DNA of 64,000 nucleotides from assembly GCA_973851085.1 (NCBI GenBank), contig OZ316776.1, positions 13,888,001 to 13,952,000 of the forward strand, in the 5' to 3' direction. Positions 12,711 through 27,250 of this stretch are shown here, one piece after another. The stretch's first letter is position 1. Every line of letters starts with the position of its first letter. The notes beneath the pieces were generated by a model, which did not search any database, was not told where the DNA came from, and worked only from the letters and a program-made list of their open reading frames with translations. The DNA is from Ptychomitrium polyphyllum (Eukaryota). The position numbers were made by a program, and so were the translations under genes.

Positions 12711-15023
12711 TGTTGCGCACCTCTCCTTGCAGAGTGCCCGCAACACTCAGGGCACAAGGGAGACCTCGGAATGACGTCCGGGACCTGTAACGCCGCTAGT
12801 AAAGTGGCCCAAGTAGGCCTAGCGTGGGTAGGATCCCAAGGGGGAGAAACATCCTTGCCCACGTAGTTCAAAAACCACGAGGGATAAATTGTACGCATTG
12901 GAGTACTCACGACGAGTTGATTCTAGAATGCTAAAGATTGCTCAACTCAGACAAGGGAGCTAAAACATATGGCATCTCAAAGTTGGAGCTGCCAAGGGGC
13001 TATTCTGTACTATGGCAGCCGTACACAGTGATTGTACTGGACCAAGACAATATAGGGAGGGACTCTCCGAGAGTTCCAAACCTTAGGAGAGGCATATCTT
13101 TCAAAACATTAAGTCAAATTTGACGTTTGAGGAGTCTATTGGCATCTACGCAAAGAATAAATGACGATAGAGTAGTCGCTTTATAGATTTGGATACCAAA
13201 TGTGGAAGATATGGCTCCCTAAAGGTCCGTAAGACGTCCCGGAGGCTTCCAGCGGCTGACTCCCATAGGAAATCAGGTGGTCTTCCAAAAGTTTTGGTGT
13301 GTTGGTATTCAGCCAGCTATAGAGGGCCAGGGAGCCTGCCAAATTCCACAAAAGATACTATACAGGAGGGCAGGTCTCCTTCCCCACTCCCCTAGTGTCT
13401 CAGTAGGAACTAGGGTAAGTTTTGGTTGGTGGAGCTAGTGTGTTGCAACGCTTGTAATGCACCTTAGCAAGCGTTACGCACGTCAACCCTGTACACCCCC
13501 ACATGCACATGGTTAGCCCCCATTTTCACTTTCCAAGCCTTTCTACCATTTCTCTTCGGACGCCCAATTTATTAGTAGCCAATGATTAGGTGCAGACTTC
13601 CATTCATGTCCAAGGCCTCCTTAGTGTTACTTCCATTCTACACGGCCTAACTGCACTTAGTGGTGTCTCCTCACCACCACTCATGATGCCCATGTGATCC
13701 TAAGATCACCCCGGGCCATCATAGTGCCGGCGTGAAGACTCCACCTCAACTTAGTGGTAACGAGCGTATCCTTTTGAACGTGCTAGTTCCCTTTGTGAAA
13801 TCGGTCGTCCATCGGCTCACAATGGTGTGGGAGTCCCCGTGGTCAAGCCCAGGTACTAGCTCCACCAACCGGGACTCACCCTTGGTCTCTACCGGAACAC
13901 TAGGGAAGTGGGGAGGGGGACCAGCCCTCCTTTATAGTACTCTCTGTGGGATTCGGCAGGCCCCCTGGCCCTCTGTAGCTGGCTGAACCCCGACACACCT
14001 AGAGTTTTGGAAGACCACCCGATCTCCCTTAGGACTTAGCCGCTGGAAGCCTCCGGGACTCTTAGTGGACCTTTAAGGAGCCATATCTTCCTCATCCAGT
14101 GCCCAAATGTATCGAGCAACCACTCTATCGTCATCTGCTCTTTGCATAAATGCCGATAGACTCCTCAAACGTCCGATTTGAGTTAGTATTGTGGGAGATG
14201 CGCCTCTCCCAAGGTTCGGGACACCCGGGAAGTCCCTCCCTGGACTATCCCACTCCAGTACAGTCACTGTGTAGGGCTGCCACACTCCAAAACAGCCCCT
14301 TGGCAACCCCAACTTTGGGATGCCATAACTTTTAGCTCCCTTGTCCGATTCGGACAATCTTTAGCATTCTAGAATCAACACTTTGTGATTCTTCCAATGC
14401 CAGCCATCTATCCCTTGTGGCCCTTGGTCTACATGGACAAGGATGTTTCTCCCCCTTAGAGGTCTTTCCCACGTTGGGCCCACTCGGTTTCCGTCACTAT
14501 CAGCGCCACAAGTCCCGGACGTCCCTTCGGGGTCCCCCTTGTGCCCTTAGTGTTGAGGGCACTCCTCAAGGAGAGGTGCGCAACATAGTGTTGGGGCTTC
14601 ACCACGGGGACTCCCACACCGTTGTGAGCCGGTGGATGACCGGTTTCACGAATGGAACTACTGAGATAAAAATGGCACGCTTGTTACCACTAAGTTGGGA
14701 TGGTGTCTTCACATCGACACCATAATGGCCCGGGGTGATCTTAGGATCACATGTGCATCATGAGTGGTGGTGAAGAGACACCATTAAATGCGGTTAGGCC
14801 GTGTAGAATGGGAGTAACACCAAGTGAGGCTTTGGACATGAATGGAAATCTGCACGTAACCATTGGCTATCAATCAATTGGATGTTTTAAAAGAAACGGT
14901 AGAAGAATTGAAAACCAAGCTTGGGACTTGGAGAGTGAAAATGGGGGTTAATCATGTGCATGTACAGGTATACAGGGTTGACACGCGTGCCGTTTGTTAA
15001 GGTGCATTACAAGGGTTGCGACA
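12711..15023 (+). mobile_element. Solo LTR, family A (split by a nested inverted solo LTR)
   Basis: TGTTGCGCAC...GCGACA; TSD CTATA at 12706-12710 and 15024-15028. Confidence 0.95.
13441..14585 (-). mobile_element. Solo LTR, family A, inverted, inserted inside another family A LTR
   Basis: TGTTGCAACG...GCGCAACA; TSD TAGTG at 13436-13440 and 14586-14590. Confidence 0.95.
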
Positions 15024-15083
15024 CTATATTAATAAGTTGTTCAATTGCGAGCTGCCAATGTTAGAAGAAAAGGCTTGCCATAT

Positions 15084-16975
15084 TGTGAGCTATGAAATTA
15101 GTTATTATGGTGTTTTCTCTCAAAAATTGCTTAAAAGTAATATTTGTAAATAGAATTAGGCCTAATTAGGGCTAAAAGGCCAAATTAAAGGTGTAGTTGA
15201 TTTTTAAAGAGATTTTAATGTAATTTGGGCAAACCTTCATGGCCTGATGATTAAGTCCAATAAATAGAGAGAATTAGAGAAAGTTGAACAAGTTTCCAAA
15301 ATTTGACAAGTAGGAAGTGAGGTAATTAGATAAAGGGTTACCACTTATTAGAATAGTAGCTAAAATTAAAATAGCAGCTGAAGCTTAGAAGTAGAAGCTA
15401 AATTTAGACTAATAGCTAAATTTAGACTAGTTGCTGAAATCTAGAAATCATCTGAAGTTAGAATAGCAGCAAAATTTATAATAGCTGTAAAAATCTAAAA
15501 ATCATCTAAATCTAGAATATCAGCTAACTTTACAATAATAGCTAAAATCTAGGAATCTAGGTAAATATAGATTAGTGACTAATTTTAGAATAGTGATTAA
15601 ATTTAGAATAATATCTATATTTAGATTAATTGTTGAAATCTAGAAAATCAGCTAAATATGGATCAGGGCTGAATTTAGATTAGCAACTACATTTAGGGAA
15701 ACGTCAAAGTATGGATTAGGATGTACTGACCTAGAAATTTCAACAACCAATTGAAATGGAGTAAAGAAGTGAGATTCCCTATAAAAGGGAGGAGAAGGCA
15801 AGCAAAGATACACTTAACACTTAGTAGTTTTCAAGCAAATTTAGTTGTGAGCACACCCTTAGTTTTAGCAAGAGAAGTTTGTTGAAAAGTAAAGAAAGTT
15901 AGGTTTTGAAGTTAGGTTTTTGAAATTAGGTATTTGAAATAGGTTTTGGAGTCAGTTGACACAATTAATTTTTAGCAAATAAGAGTTAGTTATGAGCAAG
16001 AGAAGTTAGTATTGGAGCATGAAAGACAACAACCAGGATTCGGATTTTGGGCCATCAGTCCCTCATTGTGTAAGTGTAGGAGCTAAATATATAGAGTTGA
16101 TAGAAGAAGTTATAAGCTTTCCAACAAGCCAAAGCATACTTGAATCGGAGCTATAACAAAGAAGAAACACAATTTAGTGGAAAGTGCTTTGGGGTTTACT
16201 GCGGCAAATAGGATTCGGATCTTGGGCTGTTAGTTCCTCATTAAGCAAGTATAGAAGCTATAATTTGGAGGGTTTGTAAAGGAGGTTATAAGCTTTCCAA
16301 CAAGCCAAGAAATTCAATTTGAATAATTATAGAAGAAATAACGGCAAATTTGGTAGCAAAGGGTCTGCTGCCTTGCCAATTTTGAGGACCAACTTTGAAG
16401 GATGGTTCCGGACAAAACACAGCAAATTTGAAGCTGAGATTTTTGTAGCTGTTAGTCTCTTAAGTTAGCTTTTCAAGGAGTGCAAGTACGCTAGAATTGA
16501 ATTAAAGACGTAGAAACCACAGCCTGTATGGTGAAAAGAAGCCTGCTGCCTTGATTGGAACACCCCCGGGTTGTTTTTTCCTTCTCCTTTAATTTTATTA
16601 CATTGATTTGTTCCTTGAGTGAACCCCTTTGCATTTATTTTACCATAGAGTTTAAGAATGATAACTTCTATCATTTATTACTTTTGCCTCTAGATGAATA
16701 TTATATATTTTTATCTTTTTACTTTTATTCTACCTTTATATTTACCTTTTAAACCTTGGATGATAACAACCTTAATTTAAGATCATCTAAGTTCATCCAC
16801 TAGGTTTACGATTATGATTAGATTGGATCAATTTTGGCTTCACATTGCTCACTAAAAGTTAAACAGGCCAGAGATCCATCACAAATCCGACAAAACAATT
16901 ATTACACATCAATATTAAAAAAAACCGTATGAGCTAGGAATTAGTTCATTTATTGTGACGATATTTTAACTCACA
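15084..16975 (+). mobile_element. Probable solo LTR of a long-LTR family (family D, ~1.9 kb)
   Basis: TGTGAG...CTCACA termini; host gag resumes either side; TATA CCTATAAAAGG ~15778; internal ~20-bp GCTAAATTTAGA-type repeats 15350-15700; TSD only partial (CATAT/CATGG); inverted homolog at 27560-29242. Confidence 0.75.
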
Positions 16976-19900
16976 CATGGAGAGCCAAAGATCAATATGC
17001 CACACAAATTTGATGGATCAAAATCAAGGTTGGAAAGCTTTATTCAACAAGTAAAGCTCTTCCTTAGCTTGTATCAATCTTGTTATTTTGATGGCACTAC
17101 TCAAGTGGAATTTGTAGCCACTCTTCTATCAAATAATGTACTATTGTAATTTGAATCATTAATAGAAAAGCAGTCATCATTATTGAACAACTTAGATGCT
17201 TTCATGGAAGCATTAACATCTACTTTTGGAGACACCGACCGAAACAGGGTGGTTGAAACAAAGATTTAGAATCTACAATAAGAACAGCTCTCATCTGTTA
17301 TATATACTACAGAGTTTTGACAACTAGCTTGCGACCTTGATTGGAATGATAAGGCCTTGGTCATTCAATTTTGATGGGGCTTGTGAGAGAATGTGAAGGA
17401 TTGGTTACTCACAATGCTAAAAGTTGAAACGTTGGACAAATTCATCACTCAAATAATAGCATGTGACAATAAACTATTTGAAAGGCGTCAATAACAATAT
17501 TTGGAATGGCGACCAATACATCAAGGTATGGCAACCACTTCTTCAAAAGTATTAGAAAGCCGACTAGAAGGACCAAAACCTATTCAAATTGATGTTGTCT
17601 AATTTAGACATTTAACTCCAAAAGAAAAAGAAAGGCATTGAAGAAGAAACCTATGTTTGTATTGTGGCAAGTCTAGACATAAAGTGTACGATTGCCAAAT
17701 CAAGGGAATTGCCTTTAAGGCTCAAAGTACAATGATGGAGTTGAAAAACAAAGTTGTCTAGTCACAGTAGGAACTAAATGACTAAATACCACAAGGAAAC
17801 GACCATCAAATCAAGGTCTTTTACTCCTCCAATTCCTACTTCTTGCTTTACATTTCCTATCAAAATTAAATTGTTAAATAATGAAATAATTAGCGAATCT
17901 ATTTTGAACACTGATGCAACGGCATGCTTTGTGGATAAGGATTTTGCAACCAAACACCACATGGTGCTTTTAAATAAAAAAACATCTTGCACCTATTAAA
18001 GTTATTGATGGACAATCTCTTGCATCTGGCAATGTTATTGAAGAAACTCAACCCTTAGAGGTTGTTTAAAGAAACCAAACATCTAAGATTGTCTTCAACA
18101 TCATTCAATGCCAAAAAAATCCTATTGTTTTAGGCCTTCCTTAGTTTGAATTATGTAATCCACACATTGATTAGCGCTCACAAAATGTGGTTTCAAGGAA
18201 AAGACGTCAAGGTACAAGAAATCTTAAACCATCATTTATTGGAACTAAGGTATACACAAGAGCTCCAAAGGATAAATCAATCTATGCCATTTATGCCATG
18301 CCAATGTCTGATTCTATATCAGAGTTTAATCAAAGAATACCTCATCAGTATCAAGATTATAAAGACTTTTTGAGAAAAAAAAATGCAAATAATTTACTAA
18401 AGCACCGGCCTTATAATTGTACCATTGAATAAAAATAAGGAGCCCAACCACCTTTTGAACCTATCTATAACCTATCACAAACCAAATTGACTGCCTTGAG
18501 AGAATATATTAATGAAAACCTCAAAAAAAGCTTCATTCAACACTCTAAATCACTTGTTGGAACATCCATCCTATTTGTAAAGAAAAAAGATGAATCATTG
18601 CAAATGTGTGTGGACAATCCAGGCCTCAATAGAGTGACCAAGAAGAATCGCTATCCATTACCATTAATCCTAAGACTCCTACAGCAACTTGGCTAAGCAA
18701 AAATATTTACCAAGATTGTTTTTAGGGGAGCTTACAATCTTGTATGCATCAAAGGAGGAAACAAATGGAAGACAATCTTTTGATCTAGGTAAGGCCATTT
18801 TGAAAACAATGTCATGCCTTTTGGCCTTACTAATGTCCTTGCAGTCTTCCAACAGATAATGAATGATATCTTCCATGAACACTTGGACGATTTTGTAATC
18901 ATCTGTTTAGATGACGTTTTCATATATTCAAAGGATGAAGAAGACCACAAATGTTATGTGCAATTAGTCTTAGAAAATCTACGCTAGCGAGGATTATACG
19001 CCACTTAGAGAAGTGCCTTTTCTATGAATCTTTGATTGAATTATTAGGCTACATCATTTTAAAAAGAAGAATCCATATGGATGAGAAGAAAATAAGCACT
19101 ATCATGGAGTGGAATACGTCAAGATCAATTCGAGATGTTCAATGCTTCTTAGAATTTGCAAACTTCTAGAAGATACTTATCTAGGATTGTTCTAAGAATG
19201 CGGCACCATTGACACAACTTACGTGGAAGCAAAAATTCACTTGGAATGAAGAACCAAAAGTAGCAATTCAAGGCCTTAAGAAGTCATTCACATTGGCTCC
19301 AATCTTTTTTCATCCAAATCCGTCAAAGCCTTTCCATTTGGAAGCGGATGCTTCAAATTTTGTGATTGGCTGCATACTCTCATGATATGATAAACACGGA
19401 AGGCTCTACTCTATTATTTTTTTATCTTGGAAGTTGTCAACCGCAAAGATATATTATGATGTACATAACAAGGAGTTACTTGCAACTGTAGATGCACTTG
19501 TTGGAAGGAGCTCAATATACCATTATGATATATACAGACCACAATAAACTTACAATACTTCATGTGTGCGCGCACTCTAAATTGCCGTCATAGAAGGTGT
19601 AGTATGTCGCCTTCCAAATTTGACTTTGTCATTATCTATGGATTTGGTAGCGTACAAGGCAAGCCAGATGCCTTGGCTTGCAGATTATATTTAGCTCCTC
19701 AACTTGGAATTGAAGTTTTGGACCAACAGTGTACTATTTTATTGAAGCCGCAAAAACCTTCAATTGGAAGTAGCAATTATGACCACAATATTTCATCTTG
19801 ACAAAATTTGGAGGGCTTTGAAGAATAATGTCTTTGTTTCAAATATGAAGGGGCGCCTCGAAGACAACAAAGATCCTTCAAATAGCAATGAGGACTTTGA

Positions 19901-21332
19901 ATTCCAAGAGGGCCTACTTTATTATAAAGGACTTTTGTACCTAGTTGTAGAACCTATGCAATTGAGGATCTTTCAAACATGTCATCATTTTCTAACATCA
20001 AGGCATTTTGGATTCAATAAAACAATGGAATCGATTGCTAGAGACTATTGGTGGCCACAAGTGAGGAAATACGTAAAGGACTTTGTTTGATTATGTGACA
20101 CTTGCACAAGGGCCAAGGTACCAAGACACCAACCTCATGGTCTTTTCCATCCGCTTCTAGTGCCAAAGGATCTATGGTTATCATTGTCAATGGATTTTAT
20201 CATGGACCTTCCAAGTTCCAATTCTAAGAACTCTATCGTAATACTAATGGACCGGTTTACCAAGATGGCGCATTTCATTTCATACAACAAGGCGGTACTA
20301 GAAGAAGAAATTGCCAAGTTGTTCCTAAATCACGTCTACCGCATATATGAACTACTAAATGATATTGTATCCGATGGAGGGCCGCAATTTATTTCCAACT
20401 TTTAGAGGGCTCTATTCCAGCTATTGCGTGTGAAGATCAACATTTTTTCAATACACCATCCGCAAACTAATGGTCAAACCAAACGTTTGAATTAAATTTT
20501 GAAGCAGTACTTTTGTTGCAACATAAACTACCAGGTAAACAACTAGATGGACCTCTTACCTTTGGCAAAGTTTGCCTACAACAACATAATGCATTCTTCA
20601 ACAACTCAAAGTCCATCATTTGCAAATTATGGCCATCATTCTCAAGCAAATTCATTTCAAGTCAAGCATATTGGAAGTCTTGTAGCAGAGGATTTTACAA
20701 CTCAACTTGCTAAAATCCACTAAGAAGTTGCTGTCCAATTACAACAAACTCAAGATCCTTCCAAAGCTTATGGAGATTGTTATTGGAAGGACCATCCAAA
20801 GTTCAAAGTTGGAAATAGTGTATGGCTCCTACAACAAAACATACAAACAAAAAGACCGGTGAAGAAGCTAGATTATCAAAGGCTACGACTGTTTGAAATT
20901 AGCAGACAAATAAATCCAGTCATTTATTGCTTCAAACTACCACCAACCATGTATATTCATCCAGTGTGCTACGTATTTTTGTTGGAAACCTACAATTAGT
21001 CATGTATACTAGAGAAGGTTGTTTCTCTGCCTCTTCCGGTGGAAATTAATAATGAAATGGAATATGAAGTTGAAGAAATCTTAGATTCACGTATCAACAA
21101 TAAAAGTCTGAGCTAGGAGTCATTAGCGCTTCTTGCAAAGACCAATTGAAGTAGTGGGCAAAGAATAATGAGTAGAATATACTGGTTTGTTTCTTCAACA
21201 AATTTTAGAATTTGTGGAGATGTGACAAGCAAGCCACAGAAAGAACTCTTCATGGGACTCGTCGCTAAAATAAGAGGTGATGTCACGGACATAAATCATT
21301 CAGCATAGTCTTTAAAATCTTTTCATAGTCCT

Positions 21333-22790
21333 TGTTACCAAGCTGTCAAGTGTTATACGTAGTAGTCTTGGAGTTTTGCTATTGATCTTTTCTTATTGCA
21401 AGTGCTATACATCTTTCGACAGTAACTATAGGATAATAGTAGTATTTTGTTGGTTCATAAAAACAAATATAGAAGTACTTTTATAGGATATTGGATTGGG
21501 TATTCAAATACTCGTTTAAGAGAGTTGAAGATGTTTTATATTTGGCTTTTTTCATGAAACAAATTGTACACTCCATTCTTTGATTGATTTATTAGTTTTC
21601 TTTTTGAGTTCAGATTTATATGTAGGATTTTCCATTCTAACAAGTGCTTTTGTAGTTTATAGTTTACTCCTTAATACTTCCATGTTTCTTCCATTCCATA
21701 GTTACAACTATGAATTTATCTAGATTTCTTTTCCAAGATCTAGACTCTCTAGTAAGGAACTACCAAGTTTTAGAGTACTTGATAGTTACAAATCACAATA
21801 GTAGTATAGTTAATCTTTCTTAGATAAGAATTTCTAATAATAAACTATCAAGTTATTGATTACTTGGTAGTTACCAAGCTTAATAGCTACCGACCTTATC
21901 ATTTGGCAATCATGTTGTGTTTCAAATAGGTTTTCCTTGCTTTGTACCATTCCTTTAATGCAAATCAATTCTCCCTTTTATGCCAACAATTATATATGTA
22001 TTTTAGCCTAATTTTCTACAGTCTACTCTTCCAAATCTATAAGCCACCCTCACATCCGTGCCAAAGGACCTCCACCTCCTTTACAACTTAGTTCCGCTCA
22101 ACATATCAATTTACACCTAGCATGTACTTTTATTCTCTAGATCTTTTATTTCCTACAATTAGCGATTCTTCTTTTCTTCAAATTTTGCAGATGGATCTTC
22201 TACTACATATCCAATGTCCTTGAACGGCTGAGAATACTCACCATTTCCATTCCCCACCTTAAAATCCCACTTTGCTCACCTACCAAATCCACTCGGTAGT
22301 CAGTATGCCACATTTGTTCCACGCAACCATTGGAATGACCTCTCATCCCTCTAGAATTGCGTCCGCTATCTTATTATCTCATTCCAAATCCCACTCAATG
22401 AATGGACACACAAAGATGACAGTTTTGTCTTAGTTCAAATGCCACATTTTCCCGTCATACAACCAATACCACCTGTATCATTTCTATGGTAGGAATTTAT
22501 TGCTAGTCCAGCTATACATTCTTTCCACATACTACATCCAGACAGCACTTTTGATAGCCCTACCACCAATCCCTTTTCTACTATTGCCAATCAACCATCT
22601 CCAAATTACAACTTCAATGGCTCCTACTCTTGGAATCTTCCAAATATTGAAACGGTTTTAATACACCGTTTCCTCTGTGGTCCTTCTCCCACTTCTCTAC
22701 CTTTTCCACAGGATACCAACAGATAAAGACACCATCTGATAGTGCCTCTACTAGTTCTAGTTTTATCTTTAATACTACTTTTTGTCTACC
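21333..22790 (+). mobile_element. 5' part of an old LTR element (family E): LTR ~21333-21901, PBS-like TGGCAATCATG, leader
   Basis: Inverted homology to 37058-38391 plus 30500-30637; starts TGTTACCA where the family B 3' LTR breaks off. Confidence 0.65.
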
Positions 22791-22799
22791 TTCGTATTA

Positions 22800-25790
22800 G
22801 AAAAGCCCATTTGAATATGGCATACGTCTTCCACGGTTATGTCATCTACTAAGGTAGCTAGGTTTGGATGTCTAATTGTCTCCTCAATTATCTTCTCAGG
22901 CTCTATAAAGTTGGATGACCAGTCTACATTTGAGGTGGAATATTCAACTAGCCATGCGACAAACTAATCGTCATCTTGCCAGTCATACAAGCTAGGGCCT
23001 AGGCATTTCAAAGGAAGTTTTTTGGTGTTAACCAAAGGTGCTAAGGTATGTGGATTGGCAATATTAAAGCGCACTTTCTTTTGCACCTTGACTTTAACTA
23101 AGAGTGAACATTTTATTGTTTAAAGAATAAGCCTTGTCAAAGCTAGGATTCTAAACACTAGGCTGACTTTGGATCTTGGTAAGATTATCCAAGGGTCCAT
23201 ATATTATATGGGACTTATCACTTTTCCAATCTACTTTTGCATTGGCCATCCTTTATCAAGGCTGGCCTAGCAAGAGAAGAAAGGATTTCTTATTGGAATA
23301 CATTCTGATGACATGGAAGGTAAAAAGATAATCCTCCTCCCCTAGAGTCACCGAATGGTGTTTCCAAGCTCTGATTGGCCATGTTGATAACAAATGGTAA
23401 AGGCCCTATGATTTCTAAGTCTAGTTTTTCCATGGTTTGCAAAGGCATAATGTTTAGGCCACTTCTACCATCTATCAAAACATCAGGTAGGGTTTTATCT
23501 ACTATGGATACTTCTATCTCCACTGGCCTAACATCCATTGGCTTGTTGCTTGTATGAATCCTTGTTGCCACTTTTGCCTTGGATTTTCTACAACAATTAG
23601 TTGGCACCCTAGCTGTAAAAAGTTTTTTGGTCACCAGTGATATTTCCAATTGTTGAGCTATAGAAATCATCTTGTAACTTTTTTGTTTCTTAAATTAGCC
23701 CATACATCATAGGGCATTACTAGAGGCTCTCTTTAGTAAGTGGATTGCTGCCTATTGTCTTCTTCAAGGATCTTTGGGCCTTCCCAAGTTCTATGTTGTA
23801 CCTCTATTATACGATCTTCCTCAAAGTCCTTGGTTAGAATGGGCATGTCTTTGGCCATTGGTTCAAACAGAAAGGGATTTTTGCCCTTGTTTCTAGTGGC
23901 TTTCATGGCTTCACAAGCTCCCTCTTTTAATTCTGAAAAATTAGAAGGGCTATTAGTGGTAGATTCCTCCTTTTCTAGTATAAGTGGCAATTAGGCAGCC
24001 CTAGATCTAGTCATGATGGCTAAAGTTGGCAAGATAGCAGGTTGTTGCAATTTAAAGGGAGTCTAGGTATGTATGATTAGGTTTGAGTCAAGAAGGTCTA
24101 GATGAAATTTGGCTGTTAAAGTCAAGGCTTGGCCTTCTACCAACTCCTTATTAGTTTTCCCTGCAAACCTTGCATCTTATAAACCTTGCTCTTCAAATGG
24201 CGGATTTCTAAAACCTTGGCTGAAATTTTGGATAGAATTCAAAGGATGGAAGCCCGTACTAGTCTGAAGTGCTCCTGGTGGATGCTAGTTCTGCCTATAG
24301 TTGTCATAATCATAATAAAGTTTGGAGGCCTTAAGGTATTATTATAAGCAGAATCTCTAGCACTTCTACGGTTGTCATAGGCTTGTTGGGCATAATTGCT
24401 TGCAGGTGGTTGCATAGGCACCATCTCACCAAGCTTCCTACATACATTTGTAGAATGATTATGTCCACACTTTCCACAAACTACTTGGCTGTCTATCCAA
24501 CACTAGCCAAGTGGATGGCGTTTGCTATAAAAAGCATGGACTTCAAAATGCTGCCTATATTGATTATTAGCCCTATGGTGGGACACCTAGAAATTTGAGT
24601 GCCTTCAGTTTGGTCCTTGATATTTTTGGACTCTATGAGGGAATTGATACCTCTACTGGTCTTGCAATGACATAATATTGCAAAATTGAGCGGAGTACTC
24701 TGCTTAACCACAAGCAATGCACCACAATCTAGAAGTATGTCTATCAAACTCAATTGAAGGTGGCGCTAGATTTAGCTTATGATTCTCAGCCAATCCTACC
24801 ATTTGGTTTGTCCAGGCTTGCAACTATTTCATGATGTCATCCTTGAAGCCTTGTTGACTAGCTTGCAATTCGCGTTTTACCGCTTCTAAGTTGGCATCCT
24901 CTGCTTGTAGAAATAAAGAATGGTCAATGGGAGGTGGCCTCATTGCCAAGGGTGTAGAATAATTTCCCTCTCTAGTATCTATTGGAACCACTTGGCTGAG
25001 CAAGGGAGCTAATGCTAAGGAACCTGGATTTTCTTCTTAAAGTCTGATAAAAATGAAAAGAGGGATGGATTCATCCTCTTTTCTCCACAACCTCTTGTGT
25101 TCTTTCTCTATTCCTTCCACATTTTTAAAAGCTGTCTTGGCTAGCTCTAAAGTAGGGAGATGATGGTCCAAGATACTCTTAATTGTAGAATGTTGAACCG
25201 TAATTTTAACCCAAGAAGATTTTACCCTATTTGGTATTGGATTCGTTTGCTGGGGAGGTAGGGATATTATAGGGTTGAGGATGTCACTTAATTGGAAATT
25301 AAGAGCCAATGGAATTAATCTTTAGTGTTTAACAATAATTTTAGATACAATACTTCATAATAATATGTCAATTCACTTTCCAAGTCCAAACCTGCCAATA
25401 GTTGATATTCACAAATCTTCAAACCTAAGCTCAATAATTGCCTCAGCAATTTCTCCTAATTGATAGTCCATTGCCGCAGCTAAGTCATGTGGCTCCTGAT
25501 TTGGATCTCTTATTTTCAATTGTCTCTTGTACTGTATGTACCAGTTATCTTGTTCTTCCAATAACCTTCTTTTTATGGGAATTCCACTATATGCCTCAAT
25601 TAAAATCCGCATCTCTTCTCTGACAACCACAACACTTGTTGGCTTGCTCGGATTTATTAACTTTCTCCAATAGGATACAAAAGCTAATTCTTGTCTGAGC
25701 AAGGCCCTTAACTTATCCAATAGTTGTTCACCAATCAATGGCTTCCCAAGCATGATAATCCAATTGGGATTATGTCACCAAAATTTAATA
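22800..25790 (-). pseudogene. Degenerate Gypsy gag-protease remnant, no RT visible
   Basis: Aspartyl protease motif DVLIDGRSGLNIMP (23290-23670); zinc-knuckle-like CGKCGHNHSTNVC at ~24440-24490. Confidence 0.7.
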
Positions 25791-26821
25791 TCACACTACA
25801 ACTATCCTGATTGTAATTTCCAATAGGTCTTATTGTACTTCATAGTTCTCTCTAATTTATTCAATTGATTGTAGACACCAACCCAACTACTCTCAACAGT
25901 ATGAATTACAATTGGAACACACTCTTATGATTATCAAAATCATATAATACATCAAGTCATGACACCAACTCCAAGTTTCACTAATTCTCTCCCCCCATTG
26001 GCTTTTCCACTATCTCCAAGTCACAGGTTTCTCCAAACTTAATAATTTCCATATTTGGTATTTTTCCACCAGATCAGTCCAGGATCAAATTTTGTATCCT
26101 AACCAATTCTTTCACATCATCACAACTATCACAAACTTTCCAATAACTATCAAACACATTCTAATAACCATTATAAAATGTAATCTCAATCATAAAGACT
26201 ATAGTACGCTTCACAATTCACAACACAAATAATTCCTGATCTCCAATTGATAACTGAATATTCTCAATTTCTTCTTATTAAATTCGTGCACACATAAATC
26301 AGCCAAGCACCATCATCAATACATCCTTGTACAACAACTATTAATCTTAATTTTCTCAACTCAAAGTCTACACTCAATTCCACATACTAAATTCTTCCAT
26401 TGTGATGCACTCAAACTCACACACTTAATACATACCACCACACAATTTTATGTTTTTCCTTTTCAAAGTATTTAATATTATTTATATATCAATAATTAGG
26501 TATTTCCCACAGTTTCCACAGTTTTCAATTAAAGTCTCCAATTGGTCACAAAGCACCAAGTGCATCAAAACTTCCACGCTTGAAAATGAGCTTCTGCAAC
26601 ACAAGCATGAAAATTGAAATCCAATTGGTTCCTTCACCAACTAAGTCTATTTTCTATTGGGTGTCTCCTTTCATGATTGACTCTTCATCTACCAATCGGT
26701 AAGACTTAACTACTAACCAATCGGACACAAATTAACTACATGAAGCTATTTATATAAAAAGTCTTGCATCTATTGGTAACTACACACTAATTAACCAAAA
26801 ATTTACCAATTGGCTAAAAAC

Positions 26822-27250
26822 TTAATTATTTTCATTATCACATGGAGCTTTACAAAATCCTTGAATAAAAAATTGCCTCAACGTATTGTTGTTGAGCATT
26901 CCACCCAAAAACCTAGTGCAAACCAACTCAAACCGCCATATATAAGATGAGATGTCTTCTTCACGGCCTTGCTTCAATATAGCCAAGGCCCTCAGTGCAG
27001 CACTTTGTCCCACTTTAAGAGCAAAACGGGTTAAAAAATTCCTCTTGAGTCTATTCTAGGTAATAAAAATTCTTTCTGCTTGATCATGCTACTAGTCATA
27101 GGCCTCATTGTATAGTGTGGTGGGAAAGTAGACTTAATAATAACCTTGGTCTGCCATTACACAACTAACCAAGGCTTCCATATAACGCTCTACATGACTT
27201 GATGAATCCTCAGCCTTGGTTCAATGGAACTTAGAGAGACTGGGAGGCAT
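26822..27250 (-). pseudogene. Retrotransposon gag fragment
   Basis: LKQGREEDISSYIWRFE..LRQFFIQG resembles the Retrotrans_gag Q-x-x-x-E/Y-x-x-x-F motif. Confidence 0.7.

Larger units (their letters stand above)
11993..21332 (+). mobile_element. Family B Tcn1-like chromovirus, degenerate plus-strand copy with three nested LTRs in gag; both LTRs truncated
   Basis: Partial 5' LTR ending GTCCCTAACA at 12290; gag split at 12710/15024 and 15083/16976; protease (17778-17999), RT (18487-19169), RNase H, integrase, chromodomain start; deletion near 21097; PPT 21267-21280; 3' LTR start TGTCACGGAC at 21281. Confidence 0.9.

Noticed and set aside
12938..14725. Recurring short ORFs (SDKGAKxYGxPKLGLPRGC.., MKTPPQLSG..) in several places
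   Set aside because: They are translations of homologous family A LTR copies; starts and stops differ between copies and no long shared frame is evident
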